From Hyphomicrobiales bacterium (GTDB lineage: Bacteria; Pseudomonadota; Alphaproteobacteria; Rhizobiales; Aestuariivirgaceae), in contig JBBRLH010000011.1 of the NCBI GenBank assembly GCA_038231475.1, positions 42,634 to 82,633 on the forward strand: a stretch of DNA of 40,000 nt, given 5' to 3'. The position numbers were made by a program, and so were the translations under genes. Below, piece by piece: positions 1-9,707 of the stretch (the stretch's first letter is position 1; each line of letters starts with the position of its first letter). Below the pieces are notes generated by a model. That model searched no databases and was not told the origin of the DNA. It worked only from the letters and a program-made list of their open reading frames with translations.

Positions 1-677
1 GTGCGGAAGATCCTTGGTTGCAGCGTTTCGTGTTTCATGGCGGCGATGTCAGACATGAAGGCGGATGAGCCCAAATCGTCCAGTGACGAATGGGCGGCGC
101 GCTGAGCGGTATCTGCGATGACAGGCAAAAGATCGCGCATAATATTGAGGCCCGCCGTCTGCCCGATTGGGACCAAACGCACGGCCACTGAAATCAGCGC
201 GTTGGAAAAGCCTTGCAGGAAGGCAAGCAGGGCGTGTTGCGCTTCGATGTTCATCGCCTTGCAGGCCAAAGCAGCGGCGACAGGATAGGCGAGAGGGCCC
301 TCATCCTTCCCATCGCTTGCGCGATAGGCCCCTTCCTTTTCCCCACTCTGTGGGGCGAAGGCGCTTGACGCAATGTTGAACGCCGCGCCAAGTTGCGTGG
401 TTTCCAGAAAGCGCTCATGCGATGAACACAGCGCCAATGCGAGTTCCTTCACGCTTTCCCCCCTGCTGGCCGCAGCAAAAATCACGGCATCGTTCCAGCC
501 GGAGCCTTGCGTGATGATTTCGCTGATCCAATCCCTAGTGGTGGCCTCATCATGCACAAGGCCCTCGTCAATCGCCCATTCCAGCCCGTGGCTGTAGGCA
601 AAGCTGCCAATGGGAAAGGCGGGCGACATCCAGTTCAACAGCAGCAGGAGTTGCTGAGCTTCAATGCCCGTGGCCAT
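1..677 (-). CDS. ureF: urease accessory protein UreF (3' end runs off the left edge)
   Basis: Absent from the ORF track because it has no stop in the window. Manual minus-strand translation from ATG (plus 675-677) gives MATGIEAQQLLLLLNWMSPAFPIGSFAYSHGLEWAIDEG..., a UreF-type N-terminus. It stays open for about 225 codons to position 1. It overlaps the ureE stop by 17 nt and sits where ureF is expected after ureE. Confidence 0.85.
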   Translation of the reverse strand, partial: MATGIEAQQLLLLLNWMSPAFPIGSFAYSHGLEWAIDEGLVHDEATTRDWISEIITQGSGWNDAVIFAAASRGESVKELALALCSSHERFLETTQLGAAFNIASSAFAPQSGEKEGAYRASDGKDEGPLAYPVAAALACKAMNIEAQHALLAFLQGFSNALISVAVRLVPIGQTAGLNIMRDLLPVIADTAQRAAHSSLDDLGSSAFMSDIAAMKHETLQPRIFR

Positions 678-1098
678 GGTAAGCTCCATGTTCGGGATGG
701 AATTGTTCGCGCACGACTTCAACTTTCGCTCCGAGTTGTTTGAGCATCACCGCAATCACATGATCGCGAAGAATGAGAATGCGGTCAGCCTCGATTTGTG
801 CAGCGAGATGACGATTTCCAATATGCCAAGCCAATAAACTATGATGGGCAGGGCTTACCGCGCGAACCTCTAAAAGGTCTTCCTCTGCGGCTCTCACTTC
901 AAGATAGGTTCCGTTTTCCAACTCAAGGTGATCGCCATCCTCGATCATCACCGCCAAGGGAAGATCAACCAGAACTTCGTTGCCACCTTCAGTGACAAGC
1001 AACTTTCGCCTGAGATGACGATCTTGTGCAGCAAGCTCGATTCCATCGGTGGCTTGTCCGGCACTGTCGCTCAGTCTGACATGTCGGATGGCTTTCAT
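661..1098 (-). CDS. ureE: urease accessory (nickel chaperone) protein UreE
   Basis: 145 aa with a His-rich C-terminus (HPEHGAYHGHGH). It lies directly downstream of ureC with a 1-nt overlap. Confidence 0.9.
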   Translation of the reverse strand: MKAIRHVRLSDSAGQATDGIELAAQDRHLRRKLLVTEGGNEVLVDLPLAVMIEDGDHLELENGTYLEVRAAEEDLLEVRAVSPAHHSLLAWHIGNRHLAAQIEADRILILRDHVIAVMLKQLGAKVEVVREQFHPEHGAYHGHGH

Positions 1099-2801
1099 CA
1101 GAACAGGAAATAGCGCTGCGCCATGGGCAGAACGGTTGCAGGATCGCAGGTCAGCAATTCGCCATCAGCGCGCACTTCATAGGTTTCGGGATTAACATCA
1201 AGCTTTGGCGTTGCGGCATTGTGGATCATCGAGGCCTTGGTAATGCCGCCGCGGGTGTTTTTCACTGCGATCATTTTCTTCGCTGTGCCGAGTTTCACGG
1301 CGAGACCACCAGCGGCTGCCGCTTGCGAGACAAAAGTGATCGAGGAATTGGTCATCAGTTTTCCGAAGCTCGCAAACATCGGGCGATAATGCACAGGCTG
1401 CGGCGTGGGGATCGAAGCATTGGGATCGCCCATGGGTGCTGCTGCAATCGAGCCGCCTAGGAGAACCATTTCAGGCTTTACGCCGAAGAAGGCCGGATTC
1501 CACATGACCAGATCAGCGCGCTTTCCAACTTCAATGGAGCCCACCTCATGAGAAAGGCCGTGGGCGATTGCTGGGTTGATCGTGTATTTCGCGATGTAAC
1601 GCTTCACGCGGAAATTGTCGTTGTCGCGATCTGGCGAGAGATGCCCACGCTGGGTTTTCATCTTGTGGGCTGTTTGCCAGCAACGGATGATGACTTCGCC
1701 GACACGGCCCATGGCCTGGCTGTCGGATGAGATCATCGAGAAGCAGCCCATGTCATGAAGGATATCTTCAGCGGCAATTGTTTCCTTGCGGATGCGGCTT
1801 TCGGCGAAAGACAAATCTTCGGCAATGCGTGGAGACAAGTGATGGCAGACCATCAGCATGTCGAGATGCTCGGCGACCGTGTTCACGGTGTAGGGCCGCG
1901 TGGGGTTGGTGGAGGACGGCAACACATTGGGCAGGCTTGCCACCTTGATAATGTCAGGCGCATGGCCGCCGCCTGCGCCTTCGGTGTGAAAGGTGTGGAT
2001 GGTGCGGCCCTTGAAGGCAGCAATCGTAGCTTCCACAAAACCTGATTCATTCAATGTGTCGGTATGAATCGCAACCTGCACGTCATGGGCATCAGCCACG
2101 GTGAGGCAGCAATCTATGGCGGCAGGAGTAGTCCCCCAATCCTCATGGAGTTTCAGACCGCAGGCGCCTGCCAGAACCATTTCTTCCAAAGCGGCGGGGA
2201 GCGAGGCATTGCCCTTGCCCATGAAACCCAGATTCATGGGGAATGAATCGGCCGCTTCAATCATGCGTTCCAAATGCCATGCGCCGGTGCAGGTCGTCGC
2301 CAATGTGCCATGGGCCGGGCCGGTGCCGCCGCCCAGCATGGTGGTGATGCCGGAATAAAGCGCTTCCTCGATTTGTTGAGGGGCAATGAAATGAATGTGA
2401 CTGTCAACGCCGCCCGCAGTCAAAATCTTCCCTTCGCCCGCGATGATTTCAGTTGAAGGGCCGACGATGATGGTCACACCATTTTGCATATCAGGATTGC
2501 CAGCCTTGCCGATGGCGGCAATGCGGCCCTCTTTCAGGCCAATGTCGGCTTTGTAAATTCCGGAATGATCGACCACCAAAGCATTGGTGATGACAGTATC
2601 CATGGCCCCTTGGGCGCGTGTCGCCTGGGATTGGCCCATGCCATCACGGATCACCTTGCCGCCGCCAAATTTCACCTCCTCGCCATAGAGCGTGAAATCC
2701 TTTTCCACCTCGATGAAGAGTTCAGTGTCAGCCAAGCGCACCTTGTCGCCCGTGGTGGGGCCATACATTGAGGCATAGGTTGAGCGGGAAATTTTTGCCA
2801 T
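1098..2801 (-). CDS. ureC: urease subunit alpha
   Basis: 567 aa. Has the canonical urease alpha sequence ([28 protein letters not shown]..., [15 protein letters not shown]). Confidence 0.98.
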   Translation of the reverse strand: MAKISRSTYASMYGPTTGDKVRLADTELFIEVEKDFTLYGEEVKFGGGKVIRDGMGQSQATRAQGAMDTVITNALVVDHSGIYKADIGLKEGRIAAIGKAGNPDMQNGVTIIVGPSTEIIAGEGKILTAGGVDSHIHFIAPQQIEEALYSGITTMLGGGTGPAHGTLATTCTGAWHLERMIEAADSFPMNLGFMGKGNASLPAALEEMVLAGACGLKLHEDWGTTPAAIDCCLTVADAHDVQVAIHTDTLNESGFVEATIAAFKGRTIHTFHTEGAGGGHAPDIIKVASLPNVLPSSTNPTRPYTVNTVAEHLDMLMVCHHLSPRIAEDLSFAESRIRKETIAAEDILHDMGCFSMISSDSQAMGRVGEVIIRCWQTAHKMKTQRGHLSPDRDNDNFRVKRYIAKYTINPAIAHGLSHEVGSIEVGKRADLVMWNPAFFGVKPEMVLLGGSIAAAPMGDPNASIPTPQPVHYRPMFASFGKLMTNSSITFVSQAAAAGGLAVKLGTAKKMIAVKNTRGGITKASMIHNAATPKLDVNPETYEVRADGELLTCDPATVLPMAQRYFLF

Positions 2802-3112
2802 CAGAGTGCCCCCATCACTTTGCCCTGGAAGCCATAGACTTTGCGGCTGCCGCCCAAGGGCACCAAAGTTACATCGCGCTTTTGTCCCGGTTCAAAACGG
2901 ACGGCGGTTCCGGCGGCGATGTCCAGTCTCATGCCGCGCGCCAAGGCGCGATCGAACAACAACGAGTCATTGGTTTCAAAGAAATGATAATGCGAGCCCA
3001 CTTGAATCGGCCGGTCGCCGGAATTGGCTACGGTGAGGCTGAAGGATTTTGTTCCGGCATTGAGATCAATGTCGCCGGGCTTGGTGATGAATTCTCCGGG
3101 GATCATTTTCAC
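2801..3112 (-). CDS. ureB: urease subunit beta
   Basis: 103 aa starting MIPGEF...; typical UreB. Overlaps the ureC start by 1 nt. Confidence 0.95.
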   Translation of the reverse strand: MKMIPGEFITKPGDIDLNAGTKSFSLTVANSGDRPIQVGSHYHFFETNDSLLFDRALARGMRLDIAAGTAVRFEPGQKRDVTLVPLGGSRKVYGFQGKVMGAL

Positions 3113-3114
3113 TC

Positions 3115-3417
3115 CTAGCGGATGGGGTTATGCACGGTCACAAGTTTTGTGCCGTCAGGGAATGTCGCCTCGACTTGGATGTCGTGGATCATCTCGGGAA
3201 TGCCCTCCATGACCTGGCCGCGTGTCACGACATGGGCGGCGGCCTCCATCAAATGAGCCACGCTCTTTCCATCACGCGCGCCTTCGACAACAAAGTCGCT
3301 GATCAGGGCAATGGCCTCGGGATGGTTGAGCTTGACGCCGCGCCCCAAGCGCTTGCGGGCCACTTCGGCCGCCATGGCAATCAGCAATTTATCCTTTTCA
3401 CGCGGGGTGAGTTGCAT
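3115..3417 (-). CDS. ureA: urease subunit gamma
   Basis: 100 aa, [39 protein letters not shown]: canonical UreA. Confidence 0.95.
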   Translation of the reverse strand: MQLTPREKDKLLIAMAAEVARKRLGRGVKLNHPEAIALISDFVVEGARDGKSVAHLMEAAAHVVTRGQVMEGIPEMIHDIQVEATFPDGTKLVTVHNPIR

Positions 3418-3426
3418 GAATTTTCC

Positions 3427-4215
3427 TCAGTCTGTCCAATTTAGCGGCAAATTCTCAGCCTCCACAAAGCTGCCGAGCGCTTTAATCAGCAGTTTTCGCA
3501 GAGTGTAGCCGTCTTTTGCAAGAAGCCTTGCAACTAGCTTGCCATTCCAGAAACTGGCTGCACCATGTTCGCCAAAAACGGAATTGAGCTTCGGGGCCAG
3601 AGTTTCAAAATTTGCGCCGACACACAGGAGCGTGGCCATGGCGGTGGTCTCCCCCATCGCAGCGCGCGACGTGGGAAGTTTGGGGCCGAGTTGCGTGTCA
3701 TCGGCAAAAGCCAGTTTTCCGTCGACACGGATTCGCCAGCGGTCATGAAAATCGATATTGGTGATTTTTTCATCTGAGATGCTGCGCCCAAAAATTGCGG
3801 GCTCCAGCATCACGAGTTTGGCGCCTTCGGCAAGTTCGGCGGTGATGGTGCGGTGCAGTTTTGCGCCGTCATAGAAGATGGTTTCCTGCGGCAACCAGAA
3901 CAGCGTCGCATCTTCCGCCACGACAAGCTTTGCGTTCACATGGGCCACGGCGCCGAGGCTGCGATAGACCCGTTCGGCGGTCTGTGAGGCCACAGTCAAT
4001 GTGGTGGCTGCGTTGACTTTGACGTCAAAACCAAAGTCATCGCCGCCCGCCAGGCCGCCGCCGGTATTGACCAACACGGCATGTTTGCCACCGGGCAACA
4101 TGCGCGCCTTGGCTGAACCCTCTTCGCCATGACGCATGAGGCCGCCCGGGCCAAATTCCAGTTTCACCCGGCCAAAGCTTCGTTGTCGGTGAAATTGTTC
4201 CAATGTTCCGTGCAT
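3427..4215 (-). CDS. ureD: urease accessory protein UreD
   Basis: 262 aa. First gene of the cluster. Carries a UreD-like stretch NTGGGLAGGDDF...TVASQTAERVYRS. Confidence 0.85.
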   Translation of the reverse strand: MHGTLEQFHRQRSFGRVKLEFGPGGLMRHGEEGSAKARMLPGGKHAVLVNTGGGLAGGDDFGFDVKVNAATTLTVASQTAERVYRSLGAVAHVNAKLVVAEDATLFWLPQETIFYDGAKLHRTITAELAEGAKLVMLEPAIFGRSISDEKITNIDFHDRWRIRVDGKLAFADDTQLGPKLPTSRAAMGETTAMATLLCVGANFETLAPKLNSVFGEHGAASFWNGKLVARLLAKDGYTLRKLLIKALGSFVEAENLPLNWTD

Positions 4216-4331
4216 GAACTGACGTTAGGGTGAAGTTCCGGACTTGGCCAGAGGCATACTGTCTGCGTGCTTGATTTTGCAGCGTTTCGGGTTCAAAGGA
4301 GGCTCACTTTTTGAGAGATTCACAGGACAGC

Positions 4332-4553
4332 ATGGCCAAAGAAGAACTATTGGAATTTGAAGGCACCGTGGCAGAACTTCTGCCCAACGCGACGTTTCGC
4401 GTTAAACTCGACCACAACGCCCATGAGATTATCGCCCACACGTCTGGCAAGATGCGCAAGAACCGCATTCGAGTTCTGGCCGGAGACCGCGTGATGGTGG
4501 AAATGACGCCCTATGATCTGACCAAGGGCCGCATCAATTACCGGTTCAAATAG
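4332..4553 (+). CDS. infA: translation initiation factor IF-1
   Basis: [26 protein letters not shown]...[16 protein letters not shown]. Trimmed to ATG 4332, which gives the canonical ~72-aa IF-1; the track start at 4311 is TTG. Confidence 0.95.
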   Translation: MAKEELLEFEGTVAELLPNATFRVKLDHNAHEIIAHTSGKMRKNRIRVLAGDRVMVEMTPYDLTKGRINYRFK

Positions 4554-5191
4554 TGACTGAACTCAGGGCCAAACTGGTTCTGGCCAGCGCCTCGCCCCGG
4601 CGCTTGGCGCTGCTCGACAAGGTGGGCCTGCCGCCTGATTTGCTCAATCCTGCAGATGTTGATGAAACGCCCTTAAAGCGCGAGTCGCCACGGCATCTGG
4701 CGATGCGATTGGCCGGAGCAAAAGCCGAAAAGGCCAAGCTCGCTCCGCTGGTGAAGGCACTTGGGGCTGGCGCGTTCATTCTTGCCGCTGATACAGTGGT
4801 GGGCCTGGGCCGCCGCGTTCTCCCCAAGGCTGAAGACCTGCAAACCGCCAAGGATTGCCTCACTTTGCTTTCGGGTCGTTCGCATTGGGTCTATTCTGCG
4901 GTTTGTTTGATTGCGCCTGATGGCACCAAGACCACGCGCTGCTCTGAAACCAAGGTTCGCTTCAAGCGTTTTTCTCGCGAAGACATCGAGACTTATTTGA
5001 AAAGTGACGAGTGGCGCGGCAAGGCCGGGGGCTATGCCATTCAGGGCCGGGCGGAAGCTTTTGTGCGCCATTTGTCTGGAAGTTATTCAGGCGTGGTGGG
5101 ATTGCCCCTCCAAGAAACCGTGCAGCTGTTGCAGGGTGCCAAGTTCCCCGTCTATCATAATTGGATGACGCAGAACTCCAGCGAGATCTGA
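4553..5191 (+). CDS. maf: Maf-like nucleoside triphosphate pyrophosphatase / septum formation protein
   Basis: 212 aa with LVLASASPRRLALLDKVGL and a C-terminal GKAGGYAIQG motif. GTG start overlaps the infA stop. Confidence 0.9.
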   Translation: MTELRAKLVLASASPRRLALLDKVGLPPDLLNPADVDETPLKRESPRHLAMRLAGAKAEKAKLAPLVKALGAGAFILAADTVVGLGRRVLPKAEDLQTAKDCLTLLSGRSHWVYSAVCLIAPDGTKTTRCSETKVRFKRFSREDIETYLKSDEWRGKAGGYAIQGRAEAFVRHLSGSYSGVVGLPLQETVQLLQGAKFPVYHNWMTQNSSEI

Positions 5192-5192
5192 G

Positions 5193-5384
5193 ATGGCCGA
5201 GGTTGTTGCCTTCCACAAACGCAAACCCTGCCCGATTTGCAAAAAGCCTTCGGAGGCCTCGCATCATCCTTTCTGCTCCAACCGCTGCCGCGAGGTGGAC
5301 CTCAACCGTTGGCTGGGCGGGCATTACGCCATTCCGGTGGTTGACGACGAAAGCGATCCTCAGTCTGGAAACGCGGAAGACTAA
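5193..5384 (+). CDS. yacG: DNA gyrase inhibitor YacG (zinc finger)
   Basis: 63 aa with CPICKKP...HPFCSNRCREVDLNRWL, the YacG Cys4 signature. Conserved maf-yacG adjacency. Confidence 0.85.
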   Translation: MAEVVAFHKRKPCPICKKPSEASHHPFCSNRCREVDLNRWLGGHYAIPVVDDESDPQSGNAED

Positions 5385-5510
5385 ATTTACGGAAATTATT
5401 CCGATTGCTGTAGACGGCTTCCCCTGCCCTGCCTAGAATTGAAGTGTCGTGGGCAAAGCTGCCACTAGAGCAGCATGCCAAAATTAATACGCTTCAGGGA
5501 GGGAGCATTC

Positions 5511-7358
5511 ATGTCTTCAAGCAACACAATGGCTATGCCCAAAAACAGCAAGGGCCTTTCCAAGGATGAGAAATTTGTCATTCTTGCATCATCCACCGGC
5601 ACGGTTTTCGAGTGGTATGATTTCTATCTTTACGCCACTTTGGCACCATTTTTCGCGGCCCTGTTTTTCCCCAAGGGGAATGACACGGCGGCCCTGCTTT
5701 CAGCCTTTGCGACCTATGCCGCAGGCTTTCTCGTTCGCCCTTTTGGTGCCTTGTTCTTTGGTCGTCTCGGAGATTTGATCGGCCGCAAATATACATTCCT
5801 CGTCACCATGCTGGTCATGGGCATTTCGACTTTCGCGGTTGGCTTGTTGCCGACCTACGCGTCAATTGGCTGGCTTGCGCCGTTCCTGCTCGTCTCTCTG
5901 CGCCTGCTGCAAGGCTTGGCGCTGGGCGGTGAATATGGTGGTGCGGCAACCTATGTGGCCGAACATGCCCAGCCGGGCAGGCGCGGTTATTCCACGGCGT
6001 GGATTCAAACCACGGCGACTTTTGGCTTTTTCCTCTCGCTTCTGGTGATCCTGTTGTGCCGGACCAACATGACGACAGCAGCCTTTGCAGAATGGGGCTG
6101 GCGCATCCCCTTCATTATCTCGGCTTTGTTGCTGATCTTCTCACTCTGGATTCGTCTCAAGCTTAATGAATCTCCGGTGTTCCAGAAGATGAAGGCGGAA
6201 GGCAAAGGATCTAGTTCGCCACTGAGAGATTCATTCCTGCACTATCCCAACAACAAATATGTTCTGCTGGCGCTGCTCGGTGCCACGGCAGGCCAGGGCG
6301 TGGTCTGGTACACAGGGCAGTTCTATGCGCTGTTCTTCCTCACCATCACCCAGAAGGTGGACTATGTGACGGCCTATTGGCTGATCGGTATTTCGCTTTT
6401 GATCGGAACACCTTTCTTCCTGTTCTTTGGCAGTCTCTCTGACAAGATTGGCCGGTTGAAGATCATTCTGGCGGGCTGCCTGATTGCGGCAGTTGCTTAT
6501 TTCCCGCTGTTCCATTGGCTGGCGCGCGAGGTCAACCCTGACCTTTCGGACTATGCAGCCAAGACCACCATCACGGTTTCGGCTGATCCGGCGCAATGCC
6601 ACTTCATCGTGTTCCCCACGGCTTGGACCAAATATGGCGATTGCGACAAGGCTAAGGATTTCATGGCCAAGAGTGGCCTGTCGTTCTCGTCAACCGACGG
6701 AGCCGCAGGTTCGGCAGCCTCCATCGAAATCAATGGCACAAAGGTTGATGGCTTCTCGCCCTACTCATGGTCGAAGGCTTTGGCTGACAGCGGCTATCCG
6801 ATGATCAAGATGGCCTCAACCGAGGTTGCCTTGAGCAAGGAGCAGGCTGACAAGGTTGCTGCCGCGACAGCCGACAAGAAAACGGCTGATGCCACGACCG
6901 TGATTTCGGATGCCCGCATGGCGGCTGATCCCAAGGCCAAGAAAGTTGCCGACATTGCCAATATCGACAAGGTCGATGTGGGAACGGACGGCACAGCCAA
7001 GGCTACGGTTTCGGAAGCCTTCCCAGGTTCGGCTGACAAGTCGAAGATTTCCTGGCCCGGAGCCATTTTCATTCTCGCTTTGATGATGATTTTGGTGACG
7101 ATGGTTTATGGACCGATTGCGGCCTATCTCGTGGAATTGTTCCCCACAAATATCCGCTACACGTCGATGTCGTTCCCCTATCACATCGGCAATGGCTGGT
7201 TTGGCGGCATGCTGCCTTTGCTGGCGACTGCCATTGTGGCCTTCCAGGGCAATATCTATGCAGGCCTCTGGTATCCGGTAATCGTGGCGCTTGCCACGGC
7301 GATCATCGGCTTCTTCTTCCTGCATGAAACCAAGGATACCGACATCGCCAAGCACTAA
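5511..7358 (+). CDS. MFS transporter, metabolite:H+ symporter (MHS)-like, with a ~175-aa hydrophilic insertion
   Basis: FEWYDFYLYATLAPFF and GRLGDLIGRKYTF motifs, and 12 predicted TM segments. Start set at ATG 5511, which follows GGGAGGGAG; the track start is 5475. The insertion lies between TM9 and TM10. Confidence 0.9.
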   Translation: MSSSNTMAMPKNSKGLSKDEKFVILASSTGTVFEWYDFYLYATLAPFFAALFFPKGNDTAALLSAFATYAAGFLVRPFGALFFGRLGDLIGRKYTFLVTMLVMGISTFAVGLLPTYASIGWLAPFLLVSLRLLQGLALGGEYGGAATYVAEHAQPGRRGYSTAWIQTTATFGFFLSLLVILLCRTNMTTAAFAEWGWRIPFIISALLLIFSLWIRLKLNESPVFQKMKAEGKGSSSPLRDSFLHYPNNKYVLLALLGATAGQGVVWYTGQFYALFFLTITQKVDYVTAYWLIGISLLIGTPFFLFFGSLSDKIGRLKIILAGCLIAAVAYFPLFHWLAREVNPDLSDYAAKTTITVSADPAQCHFIVFPTAWTKYGDCDKAKDFMAKSGLSFSSTDGAAGSAASIEINGTKVDGFSPYSWSKALADSGYPMIKMASTEVALSKEQADKVAAATADKKTADATTVISDARMAADPKAKKVADIANIDKVDVGTDGTAKATVSEAFPGSADKSKISWPGAIFILALMMILVTMVYGPIAAYLVELFPTNIRYTSMSFPYHIGNGWFGGMLPLLATAIVAFQGNIYAGLWYPVIVALATAIIGFFFLHETKDTDIAKH

Positions 7359-7381
7359 GATTTGGCGTTTGAAACTTGAAC

Positions 7382-7413
7382 CCCCGGCTCACAAGGCCGG
7401 GGGTTTTCTTTTG
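7382..7413 (+). terminator. rho-independent terminator after the MFS gene
   Basis: Stem CCCCCGGC (7382-7389), 7-nt loop, GCCGGGGG (7397-7404), followed by TTTTCTTTT. Confidence 0.75.
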
Positions 7414-7443
7414 GAAAGTGCGGGGACGGTGATCTATTTTTAT

Positions 7444-7640
7444 TCAATCCTCTCCCCTTGAGGGAGAGGGGGGACCATTGCGGAACGCAATGGTGGGAGA
7501 GGGGTGTGTTCGCAACGGATAAGGTTGCAGGTTTGGATCAAGCGGTTTCATGCGTTGAACCAACCCCTCATCCGGCGCGTACCGCGCCACCTTCTCCCGC
7601 AAGGGGAGAAGGTTGGTCAGGGGGTGAGAGGGAGAAGGCG
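7444..7640. repeat. intergenic palindromic repeat element (copy A), two GGGAGA/TCTCCC hairpins
   Basis: Hairpins CCTCTCCC-cttga-GGGAGAGG (7449-7469) and CCTTCTCCC-gcaag-GGGAGAAGG (7590-7612). The segment CAACCCCTCATCCGGCGCGTACCGCGCCACCTTCTCCCGCAAGGGGAGAAGG is homologous to 22538-22588. Confidence 0.6.
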
Positions 7641-7660
7641 GAAGCGAGAAAGTCGAAAAA

Positions 7661-8179
7661 TTAGGCCGCTGCTGCGTGACGGGGTACCTTGTTTCCCGAA
7701 GCCACAATGCGGCCCTCGGCTTGAGTCAATGCGCCTTCAACCAGTTCGAGGCCCAGAAAGCGCTCGCGCTCCACTGGACCCGGAAGCTGAAGCTTCAAGG
7801 TGTGGCCGGGCTCAAAGCCGAAGCGCTTGTAGTAGGGATGATCGCCCACAAGAATGATGGCGCGATGGCCAGCGTCAAGGGCAGCGGCAATGGCTGTCGC
7901 CATCAGTGCGCTGCCGATCCCCTCGCAGGTGCGTTCGGCTGAAACGGCCAGAGGCCCCAGCAGCAAGGCTTCACCCACTGATCCAGCCGTGATGCTCCAC
8001 AGGCGGATCGTGCCGATGAGTTGGCAGTTTCCATCAACAGCCGAAAACGCAAAGGCGGGCAAGCGACCGCTGCGCAGTTTTTCCGAGGTCTTGCGCAGGC
8101 GCTTTGGACCAAAGGCGTTATTCAAAAGGGCCTCGCGGGCCGCAACATCAACAGGCAATTCAGCACGAATGGTGACCAT
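7661..8179 (-). CDS. GNAT family N-acetyltransferase
   Basis: 172 aa from ATG 8179, which has a GGGAGG RBS. Has an acetyl-CoA pocket-like CEGIGSALM and a C-terminal YYKRFGF. The longer track start at 8299 would overlap the decarboxylase. Confidence 0.8.
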   Translation of the reverse strand: MVTIRAELPVDVAAREALLNNAFGPKRLRKTSEKLRSGRLPAFAFSAVDGNCQLIGTIRLWSITAGSVGEALLLGPLAVSAERTCEGIGSALMATAIAAALDAGHRAIILVGDHPYYKRFGFEPGHTLKLQLPGPVERERFLGLELVEGALTQAEGRIVASGNKVPRHAAAA

Positions 8180-8216
8180 GACAGCCTCCCAAAAAAGCCA
8201 AAAGAAAAAGGGTGAC

Positions 8217-9353
8217 TTAGATGACGTAAGCTTTGAGCGGCGGGAAGCCGTTGAACGCCACCGACGCATAGGTCGTCGTGTAGGCGCCGCAGGATTCAAT
8301 CAACACCTCATCGCCGACCGACAGCGTGATCGGCAGGTCGTAAGGCGTCTTCTCATAGAGCACGTCAGCGGAATCGCAGGTTGGACCCGCGATCACGCAA
8401 GGTGTCTTTTCGTCTGCATCATGGGCGGTGACGATCGGATAGCGGATCGCTTCGTCCATGGTTTCGGCCAAGCCGCCGAACTTGCCGATGTCGAGATAGA
8501 CCCATCGCAAATTATCATTGGCGTGCTTCTTCGAAATCAAAACGACTTCCGACTTGATGACGCCCGCGTTGCCGACCATGCCACGGCCGGGCTCAATGAT
8601 AGTTTCAGGAATGGCATTGCCGAAATGCTTGGCCAGGCCATCGTGGATGGCATTGGCATAGGCATTGGTGCCGGGAACGGCTTTGAGATATTTGGTCGGA
8701 AAGCCGCCGCCGAGATTGACCATCTGCAAGGTGATGCCAACCTGCGCGCATTCATCAAAGATCGCCTTGGCCTGGGCCAAAGCCGTATCCCAGGCGCCAA
8801 GACGCGTCTGCTGGGAGCCGACATGGAAGGAAATGCCATAGGCACCAAGGCCAAGCTTATGAGCATGGACCAGAACATCTTTGGCCATGGCAGGCTCGCA
8901 GCCGAACTTGCGCGACAGCGGCCATTCAGCACCAGCGCCATCGGTGAGGATGCGGCAGAACACGCGGGCTCCCGGAGCAGCGCGGGCCACTTTTTCAACT
9001 TCTTCAACTGAGTCCACGGCAAAGAGCGAGACGCCGTAGGCATGGGCCTTGGCGATGTCGCGTTCCTTCTTGATGGTGTTGCCATAGGAGATGCGGTCAG
9101 GCGAAGCACCAGCGGCCAGCGCGAGTTCGATTTCAACCACCGAGGCGGTGTCGAAGTTCGAGCCTAGCCGTGCGAGCAGCGAGAGGATCTCAGGGGCTGG
9201 ATTGGCTTTCACCGCATAGAAAATGCGCGTGCCGGGCATGGCATGATCAAAAGCGCGGTAGTTGTCCTCAACGACGTTAAGGTCAACCACGAGGCATGGG
9301 CCTTCGGGCTTTTCATTTCGGAGGAAATCGATGATTCGTTGTGTCGCGGCCAT
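8217..9353 (-). CDS. PLP-dependent ornithine/lysine decarboxylase (alanine-racemase fold, group IV)
   Basis: 378 aa from ATG 9353 (MAATQRIIDFLRNEKPEGPCLVVDL). YAVKANP carries the PLP-lysine motif. GGGFP and CGPTCDSAD-like (AGPTCDSADVL) motifs are present. Confidence 0.9.
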   Translation of the reverse strand: MAATQRIIDFLRNEKPEGPCLVVDLNVVEDNYRAFDHAMPGTRIFYAVKANPAPEILSLLARLGSNFDTASVVEIELALAAGASPDRISYGNTIKKERDIAKAHAYGVSLFAVDSVEEVEKVARAAPGARVFCRILTDGAGAEWPLSRKFGCEPAMAKDVLVHAHKLGLGAYGISFHVGSQQTRLGAWDTALAQAKAIFDECAQVGITLQMVNLGGGFPTKYLKAVPGTNAYANAIHDGLAKHFGNAIPETIIEPGRGMVGNAGVIKSEVVLISKKHANDNLRWVYLDIGKFGGLAETMDEAIRYPIVTAHDADEKTPCVIAGPTCDSADVLYEKTPYDLPITLSVGDEVLIESCGAYTTTYASVAFNGFPPLKAYVI

Positions 9354-9707
9354 AGTGCAAACTCCCATTTCAAAATCAAATGACAGCCGTGCGACGTGCG
9401 GTCCACGCGATGGAAACGTGGATAGCCGCGTCAGCTTACTGACTGTTCGCCTTGGTTTGATCGGGGATCCCAATCGCGCTTAGGGCAAGAAAGTGGTGCC
9501 TCTCAGTGTCACTGACCTTTGGAGGGCCAGCAGAGACCAAAAAACCTTCACCGTCGTTGCTTTGGGGAGACCTTGCGGCACGTGCGACTTTGGGCAAGGC
9601 CGCATATGATGGATTCTTGTGTCATTTTCAAGAATTTTCTCGGGCGCGGCCGAAGTTTTTTGATAACAATTCCTTAATGGGTCCAACGCTGCCGAAAGGT
9701 TGGTTTG
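9354..9707 (-). promoter_or_regulatory. long structured 5' leader / promoter region of the decarboxylase gene (candidate speF-type leader)
   Basis: 354-bp noncoding gap upstream of an alphaproteobacterial ornithine decarboxylase. Minus-strand hairpins include CCACGtttccatcgCGTGG and GTCAGtaagCTGAC. A possible TTGAAA-17-CATATG promoter is present. Assignment to the speF leader family comes from context only. Confidence 0.35.

Noticed and set aside
7444-7857. Three overlapping ORFs (87, 68 and 117 aa) in the MFS-GNAT intergenic region
   Set aside because: They read through the palindromic repeat element (PSPxxGEG-type translations) and have no start context or coding signal.
7854-9011. 385-aa plus-strand ORF
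   Set aside because: It is antisense to the clearly conserved PLP decarboxylase gene. It has an Arg/Ala/Gly-rich low-complexity composition typical of open antisense frames in GC-rich genes.
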